IMG/VR virus record: IMGVR_UViG_3300020192_000008
Coordinates: 43,273 to 107,272 of that record
Strand: one strand, 5' to 3'
Source of the DNA: a virus
Length of the DNA: 64,000 nucleotides
A program made the translations under genes and the position numbers. The notes beneath the pieces are model-generated. The model saw only the letters and a program-made list of their open reading frames with translations. It searched no databases and was not told where the DNA came from. Below, one piece after another: positions 58,559-64,000 of the stretch (position 1 is the stretch's first letter; every line of letters begins with the position of its first letter).

Positions 58559-61500
58559 CACATGCTCTTGACGACGGCGTAGGTGCCGGCAGGCAGGACC
58601 TGATCGTACGTCCAAGCGTACGCTTCACCAAGATGGACCAGGATTGTAGCCCAGGAGATGTTCGTACCGCCCCCCGTTGAGCCGATCGCCACGGTAACCG
58701 AGACACCAGAGCCGATGAGCACACTCGAAAGGGGCAGAGCCACCCTGTAGAAGTCACAGGCAGGGGTAACGAAGTCGACGCTCTGATTCAACACCCCGTT
58801 GAGGTAGATGTACAGACGAAGGCTCTGGGCATCGAGATTGCCGATGGTGTTGATGTCGACGATGGCTGTATCGACCAGTATTGGGCTGGCCGTGACACTG
58901 GCTAGACCAAGCGTCTTCGGGGTCTCGAGTACGTTCGGCAAGTAGAGGAGAACGTCTTGGAAGACCTCTCTCCGCTCGGTAAGAACAACTGAGTCCCAGT
59001 TGAGCACCATGTCGAACTGCGGCAGAGTGATCCCGTTGGCAACAAACAGTATGGTGCCGTAGATCAAGTCTGTCGGAACCAGGTACGTCTTGTCGTAGCC
59101 CCAGTAGATGGGCTGCGTTGCACCAGGGTACGTAGGAGCAACGTCGGCAGGCTCGTTGCTATCGAACTTGTTCTGCCACCCACCCGTTGCAGCCCGTGCA
59201 TCATCAAAGGTGCCACCGAGTGCTGAGTACGCTGACCCAACCTGAACGAAAGAAACCCCATCAACGAAGTACAGCGTGCCGCCGTACTCTACGAGATCGC
59301 TCGTGCTTACGGTCGTGTCCTCTCCCATGCCTGCAAGCACAAGGAAGAGGGGGTAGGTGTACTTGGGCTTGATGCGAAGGATGAAGCTCTTGACGAAGAG
59401 CAGCGTCGAGAGGCTGAAAGCCTTGCTATCAACGCGTACCAAGAACTTGTTGAACTTCTCTACCTCGAACATCAACCCCTGGTTGAGGTACCCCTCGAAC
59501 CACTTCGGGTCCTTGATGCGGTCGACAATCTCCACGCCCTCGACCATAGGGGCGAACTGCGAGAGCGTATCGCCGACCTTGTAACTCTCCAGGGTCAACG
59601 GGTTGATCTCGAGCTCAAGACCACGAGGGTACTCGTACGACCTGACGATCTGCTGGTTGCTCGCATCCTCAACGAGAATGCGCCCCTGGTTGGGGGAGAA
59701 CCGAGGGTCAATCTCCAAGATCTTCCCCGCCTCTTCAGCGAAGGGCAGACCGAGCAAGATCTGAGTACCTGCCCGAAGGTTCTTCATCGTCGGGCCGTTG
59801 AAGTGGGCGTACCAGAGACCTCGAACGGCTGAGAGGTAGTCGATGTTCTCGTCTAGGGCTTCTTTGTCTTCGAGATCGAAGTCGACTGCGAGACCGAAGT
59901 TCTGCTCGATGACTGGCATGTTATCGACGTACGTCGTCTCTGCCCAAAGACGCTCAGGGGGAACCTGCCCCTCCCAGACATCAGGGCCCTCGTCGCCCAT
60001 CGGGTTCGTCGTCACGAATCGAAGGCACGTCCTGCCTCGGTACTCCTCGAGGAAGTAATCGATGTTCTGGCGGAGCACCTCCTGGTCGTCCGTGGTCTTG
60101 ATCTTCTCCTGCAGGTAAGGCACGCCGACAACGAGCTTGTCGACAGGCATGTACCTGCGTCGATGCACAGCATAGAAGAAGACATCGAACGTCTCAGGCT
60201 GGGACAGGAAGGAAGAGATGCCGAGCATCTCCGTCAGAAGACCGCCTGACGTGCCTTCAGCTGCGCTGACAACTGCGGCAGGAACGAGAGCAGCCTGACC
60301 CGTGGCCTTCTCGACGACTTCGTAGAAGGCGATGTCCCCCTCGCTGACCAGGGCGTTGTAGAAGTCCAAGAAGACGCTGCTGGTTACCCCGCAGATCTTC
60401 CAAGAGCTCGAGAGAGTCACCGGCAGCTCAACATCGAGAACGACGCGCTGCTTGGCCCAGGTGTCGCTGGGGTCGGTGGCCAGGGAGACGATGCGGAAGG
60501 CCATCCCATCAACGACCAGGAAGTCACCAGCCTTCACCTCGGTGCTGCCCAGGCCTCGCTCTACCTTATAGACCTTCATCCCTATGGCGGCGCCGGCGGT
60601 GCCGGAGGGCAGGTCGTTGTAAGCCGGGAAGCTGAACAGGTTGGTGGCTGTCGAGGCTTCGGTCAGGGCGAACGAGAAGGGGGCAGAGATGAAGAGCTTG
60701 CGCAGAGAGCCGCTCGAGATCACCTCGACCTTGAAGCGCTTGTCGCTCTTGCGAAGCCGCTGCTGCAGCTGGGTGACCATCGAGTCAATGGTCACGGCTG
60801 CAGAGCCAGAGAAGGTGATGGAGATGTCGTCGAAGAGAGGGCTCGAGACGACGATCTTCCCTCCGCCTGGCACAACAGAGGCTGCCAGCACGTTGCTCTC
60901 CACCCCACTCCAGACCATGCGGATCTTGGTGGAGGAGATGACGGGCTCAGGGATGTAGAGGTCGTAGTGCAGCCACCTGCGCTGGAAGGCGCGGGGCACA
61001 TCCCTGAGGCTCTTGGAGTACTCGTGCTGCCAGAGGGTCAGCATCTCGCTGGCGGTCACCTGAGCAAGAGCAGACCAGAAGACGCTGATCATCTCCTTGT
61101 TCTCGACCAGGTTCCACGAGTCGAGCAGGTAGTTCCACATGAACGACAGGTCAGGAGTGCAGCCCCTCGGAATGGGCGACTCTGTGACGTTGACGATCAT
61201 GCCCGCAGGCTCTGAGTAGTAGACGCCGTCGTAGACCGTCAGGTCGAACTTGAAGATACCGGAGACGTCCGGGTAGAACGTGGGCCGCTCTGCCGTGACA
61301 CCGTTGATGGTGCCCTGGCGGATGACCTTGGCCATCTTGTTCGTGATGGGCGCGGGCAGAGCGAACTCACTTGCCTGGACGTAAAAGCCCGAGCCATCGC
61401 TGCCGACAGACACGATGTCGTAGGCAATGCCCTCGAACAGAAGGACATCTCCCACCGAGATGCCCACGTCAGCGTGGTAGTCGCCGAGCTTCTCCGAGTA

Positions 61501-62484
61501 CAGCTTGCTGGCGAAGGGCGTGGGGGTGATGGTCCGGCCGTCGTCGACCTGGTAGCCGAACGAGCTCGGCAGGGGTGTACCGGTGAGCCGCCACTTGTAG
61601 GCAAGCGGGGCGCCCTCGGGATCGAAGCTGCCGCCGGCGTCGAGGCGGATGACCGTGCAGGTCTGTGCTGCCTGGTCTTTGCCAGCGTCTGCAACGGGGG
61701 GCAGGTTGGGGATGACCATACCCGTGCCGACGCAGATGCTATCGAGCTGGATGTCAGAGGGCTGGCCGACAACGCCCTTGACGCTGATGACCGTGCCATC
61801 CGTCGGGGTGACGGGCGAAGAAGACGTCGGGATGGCCGGCAAGATGGCCAGCAGCTGATGACCTACCGACGGGATGTCCGAGGTCTTGGTCAGGTAGATG
61901 AACACCGTTGCCGTGACAGAATCGAGTGCGATTCGGACGGTGTAGTACTGACCTGCAACAACGCTGTCGAACGAGCCTGGGATGACCTGCAGAATGCTGT
62001 TGAGCTCGAGCAGGTTCGCACCGTTGTGCAGAACGTTGCCCGTGTAAGCAAGACCCACCTTCGAGAAGAACAGACCCGCTGAGTAGCCCTGTTGATCTAC
62101 CGTGCCGAGGAAGATGTGCCTGTTCTGCAGCGACGAGAAGTCGGTCGGCAGGCTGTTGAACATCAACGTGAACTCCATAGTCCACGTGAACGGGATGTTC
62201 ATGTCTACGTAGATCCAAGCCGTACCCTCTTGCGCAGGGCTCGTGCCGCTGAAGAGCCGGTAGTCCTCGACGGCTGGGACAATCTCCGACTGCCCAAGAG
62301 GGATGTTGGCGTCGACCTCCAGGTAGCTGTCGAACACGCTCATGGGCCCGCAAGGGCCGACGCAGTAGACGTCGAAGGGAGCCTGCACGGGCAGGTTCCC
62401 ACCAGGAGTAGCGCTCAAAGAGCCTGTCCAAGCAGACTGCCCGTAAGGACCACTACCCCAACCAGGAGCGATGCATTCCGTCAT
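58558..62484 (-). CDS. Large baseplate wedge-like protein with PKD/Ig-like domain (1308 aa)
   Basis: NLPPVADAGKDQ...LDAGGSFDPEGAPLAYKW; YLSAVRGLWYAHFNGPT; RIKPKYT. True start at ATG 62484 (ATGA overlap). Confidence 0.65.
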   Translation of the reverse strand: MTECIAPGWGSGPYGQSAWTGSLSATPGGNLPVQAPFDVYCVGPCGPMSVFDSYLEVDANIPLGQSEIVPAVEDYRLFSGTSPAQEGTAWIYVDMNIPFTWTMEFTLMFNSLPTDFSSLQNRHIFLGTVDQQGYSAGLFFSKVGLAYTGNVLHNGANLLELNSILQVIPGSFDSVVAGQYYTVRIALDSVTATVFIYLTKTSDIPSVGHQLLAILPAIPTSSSPVTPTDGTVISVKGVVGQPSDIQLDSICVGTGMVIPNLPPVADAGKDQAAQTCTVIRLDAGGSFDPEGAPLAYKWRLTGTPLPSSFGYQVDDGRTITPTPFASKLYSEKLGDYHADVGISVGDVLLFEGIAYDIVSVGSDGSGFYVQASEFALPAPITNKMAKVIRQGTINGVTAERPTFYPDVSGIFKFDLTVYDGVYYSEPAGMIVNVTESPIPRGCTPDLSFMWNYLLDSWNLVENKEMISVFWSALAQVTASEMLTLWQHEYSKSLRDVPRAFQRRWLHYDLYIPEPVISSTKIRMVWSGVESNVLAASVVPGGGKIVVSSPLFDDISITFSGSAAVTIDSMVTQLQQRLRKSDKRFKVEVISSGSLRKLFISAPFSFALTEASTATNLFSFPAYNDLPSGTAGAAIGMKVYKVERGLGSTEVKAGDFLVVDGMAFRIVSLATDPSDTWAKQRVVLDVELPVTLSSSWKICGVTSSVFLDFYNALVSEGDIAFYEVVEKATGQAALVPAAVVSAAEGTSGGLLTEMLGISSFLSQPETFDVFFYAVHRRRYMPVDKLVVGVPYLQEKIKTTDDQEVLRQNIDYFLEEYRGRTCLRFVTTNPMGDEGPDVWEGQVPPERLWAETTYVDNMPVIEQNFGLAVDFDLEDKEALDENIDYLSAVRGLWYAHFNGPTMKNLRAGTQILLGLPFAEEAGKILEIDPRFSPNQGRILVEDASNQQIVRSYEYPRGLELEINPLTLESYKVGDTLSQFAPMVEGVEIVDRIKDPKWFEGYLNQGLMFEVEKFNKFLVRVDSKAFSLSTLLFVKSFILRIKPKYTYPLFLVLAGMGEDTTVSTSDLVEYGGTLYFVDGVSFVQVGSAYSALGGTFDDARAATGGWQNKFDSNEPADVAPTYPGATQPIYWGYDKTYLVPTDLIYGTILFVANGITLPQFDMVLNWDSVVLTERREVFQDVLLYLPNVLETPKTLGLASVTASPILVDTAIVDINTIGNLDAQSLRLYIYLNGVLNQSVDFVTPACDFYRVALPLSSVLIGSGVSVTVAIGSTGGGTNISWATILVHLGEAYAWTYDQVLPAGTYAVVKSM

Positions 62485-64000
62485 ACATACCCCTTGAGCA
62501 CGCCGACGTCGAGGTCGTCGCAAGAGCCCACGGTCACGTCGCTGCCGGCGATGACCTCCTTCAGCCAGAGCGCCAGGCCGGCAGAAGACAGGTACGAGCC
62601 GTTGGTGGACATGAGCGTGCCGAGGTCTGCTGACGCTTCGCCGAAGAGCAGGTTGCCTGCCACCACAGTCGCCGTCAGGACGAGCAAGTCGACAGCCCCC
62701 GAGGTCGTCCCAGCTGCGAGGTTTACGCCGCCCGAGCCGCCCGTGAGGGCCGACGGCACGAAGATGTTGATGCTGCGGATGAGCAAGTTCGCCGGCAGCG
62801 CGGCGATCTGCGTGTTGATGGTCCCCGCGCTGCCGATGAGCGGGAAGGTCTCTCGGTAGACGTACGAGTACGGGTCGGTGCAGAGAAGCTTGGTGCCGTT
62901 GGTCCAGAAGTCTTTGGCCTGCCTGCGCGCCAAGGGGAACGTGTTCGTGCCGCCGTTCACGTAGAGCACGAAGTTGCCCGTCGTGTTGTTGATGACCGTC
63001 CACTTGAAGCCGTCGGTCACCGGCAGCGTGATCGTCCGGTCTCCGGTCAAGATGCCGGTCAGGTCGATGACCCGAGCTTCAATCTGACCAGTGGCGAGCG
63101 TTGTCGAGCCCGTTCCTGCGACGCTCACGGCTACCCGATCGAGCGTGTCGTAGAGAGGCAGCCTGAAGATGTTGGTACCGTTGCCCGCCGCCAGCGTGGC
63201 CTTACCTCGGGGTGCGATGACGCCCGTGCCAGCCGCCGTCTTGGCCGTGATCGGGTACGCGCCCGTCGTGACGTTGTAGATGATCCAAATCCCGAAGTTG
63301 GGCAGGATCAAGTCCAAGGCGGATGTAAGAGCACCTGACAGATAGAGGGTTGTCTTGTTGTACTCAGACGAGAGCAGCGTGTACGTAGAGAGGCCGGCTA
63401 TCGCAGGGGATGCAGTTCCGAAGAAGTCGTGCGCGTTGCCTGCCGTGATCTGGTGGCTGCCGCCCAGCACCTGCTGGTTGCCGAAGTCCGAGACGATCTT
63501 CGAGCCGGCGATGGCCGCGGCGGCGTCGATCTCGGAGTTCACGATCCCAGAGATCTGGAACGCCATCTCCGAGATGTTCGTGCCATCTCCGTAGACGAGC
63601 GCGGTCTTGCCGTAGAGCAGGTTGATGCCAGTACCAGCAGCCGTCTTGAGAAGGGCGTACGAGCCGCCGCTCATCTGGTGGCAGACCAGCCACATGCCGG
63701 TGGTGGGGAAGATCACTTCCGTCGGCCCACCCGGCGCGCCTGTCAGGTCGATACGCGGCTTGTTGTACTGGACGTTCGTGAGCGTGTACGAGGGCAGGCC
63801 CGCCATGCTGACGTTCACGGTGCCGCCGAAGTCCGGCTTGCTACCCGCAGTCAACGCGAAGTTGTAGCCCGTGTAGCTGCTGGTCGTAGATACAGCCTGA
63901 CTACCGAAGTCCGGGTTGATCTTCGACCCATCTATGGCGGCTCCAGAGGCGATCTTGGCGTTGACGATGGGTGTATCACTCTGGATGTCCAGAATACCTA
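62481..64000 (-). CDS. Tail fibre-like protein with internal repeats (5' end outside window)
   Basis: Frame open to the window edge. Repeats IVNAKIASGAAIDGSKINPDFGSQ and IVNSEIDAAAAIAGSKIVSDFGNQ, each followed by YTL...YNK..I/L.L.GA...KTAAGTG modules. Confidence 0.65.
   Translation of the reverse strand, partial: GILDIQSDTPIVNAKIASGAAIDGSKINPDFGSQAVSTTSSYTGYNFALTAGSKPDFGGTVNVSMAGLPSYTLTNVQYNKPRIDLTGAPGGPTEVIFPTTGMWLVCHQMSGGSYALLKTAAGTGINLLYGKTALVYGDGTNISEMAFQISGIVNSEIDAAAAIAGSKIVSDFGNQQVLGGSHQITAGNAHDFFGTASPAIAGLSTYTLLSSEYNKTTLYLSGALTSALDLILPNFGIWIIYNVTTGAYPITAKTAAGTGVIAPRGKATLAAGNGTNIFRLPLYDTLDRVAVSVAGTGSTTLATGQIEARVIDLTGILTGDRTITLPVTDGFKWTVINNTTGNFVLYVNGGTNTFPLARRQAKDFWTNGTKLLCTDPYSYVYRETFPLIGSAGTINTQIAALPANLLIRSINIFVPSALTGGSGGVNLAAGTTSGAVDLLVLTATVVAGNLLFGEASADLGTLMSTNGSYLSSAGLALWLKEVIAGSDVTVGSCDDLDVGVLKGYV

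Noticed and set aside
62485-63003. N-terminal extensions of track ORFs 58558-63003, 51619-53952, 34948-36129 and 50838-51569
   Set aside because: Arg-rich shadow sequence overlapping real upstream genes; coupled or closely spaced downstream ATG starts exist.
1-64000. TAG/TGA stop-to-sense recoding, tRNA genes, release factor gene
   Set aside because: Conserved genes are not interrupted by TAG or TGA and both are used as stops. I recognised no tRNA cloverleaf or RF-like ORF by eye.

Overview
This window is 64 kb of a large, GC-rich tailed bacteriophage genome. Minus-strand blocks encode head and packaging proteins (scaffold-like proteins, prohead protease, intein-containing terminase large subunit, portal), baseplate and tail proteins, and a 2126-aa single-chain beta/beta-prime RNA polymerase. 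Plus-strand blocks encode a MoxR/vWA pair and a replication-recombination set: SF2 helicase, UDG, DnaB-like helicase, DnaG, SSB-like protein, PolA with intein, HU, RecA, resolvases and a Cas4-like nuclease. A minus-strand nucleotide-metabolism block carries nrdJ, dcd, a HAD nucleotidase and thyX with an intein. Main finding: TTA (UUA, normally Leu) appears to act as a stop codon. In a by-eye scan I found no in-frame TTA in any gene body, but it marks the apparent natural end of 11 genes. Four of these are TTATG stop/start overlaps, and reading TTA as stop removes the largest gene overlaps. Other notable signals are a dnaX-like -1 frameshift site, an out-of-frame HNH remnant inside the PolA mini-intein, a K-x-A-S motif throughout the head proteins, and candidate phage promoter and terminator motifs. 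CDS ends below use the TTA-corrected stop where relevant. All product calls come from recognising motifs by eye; no database searches were run.
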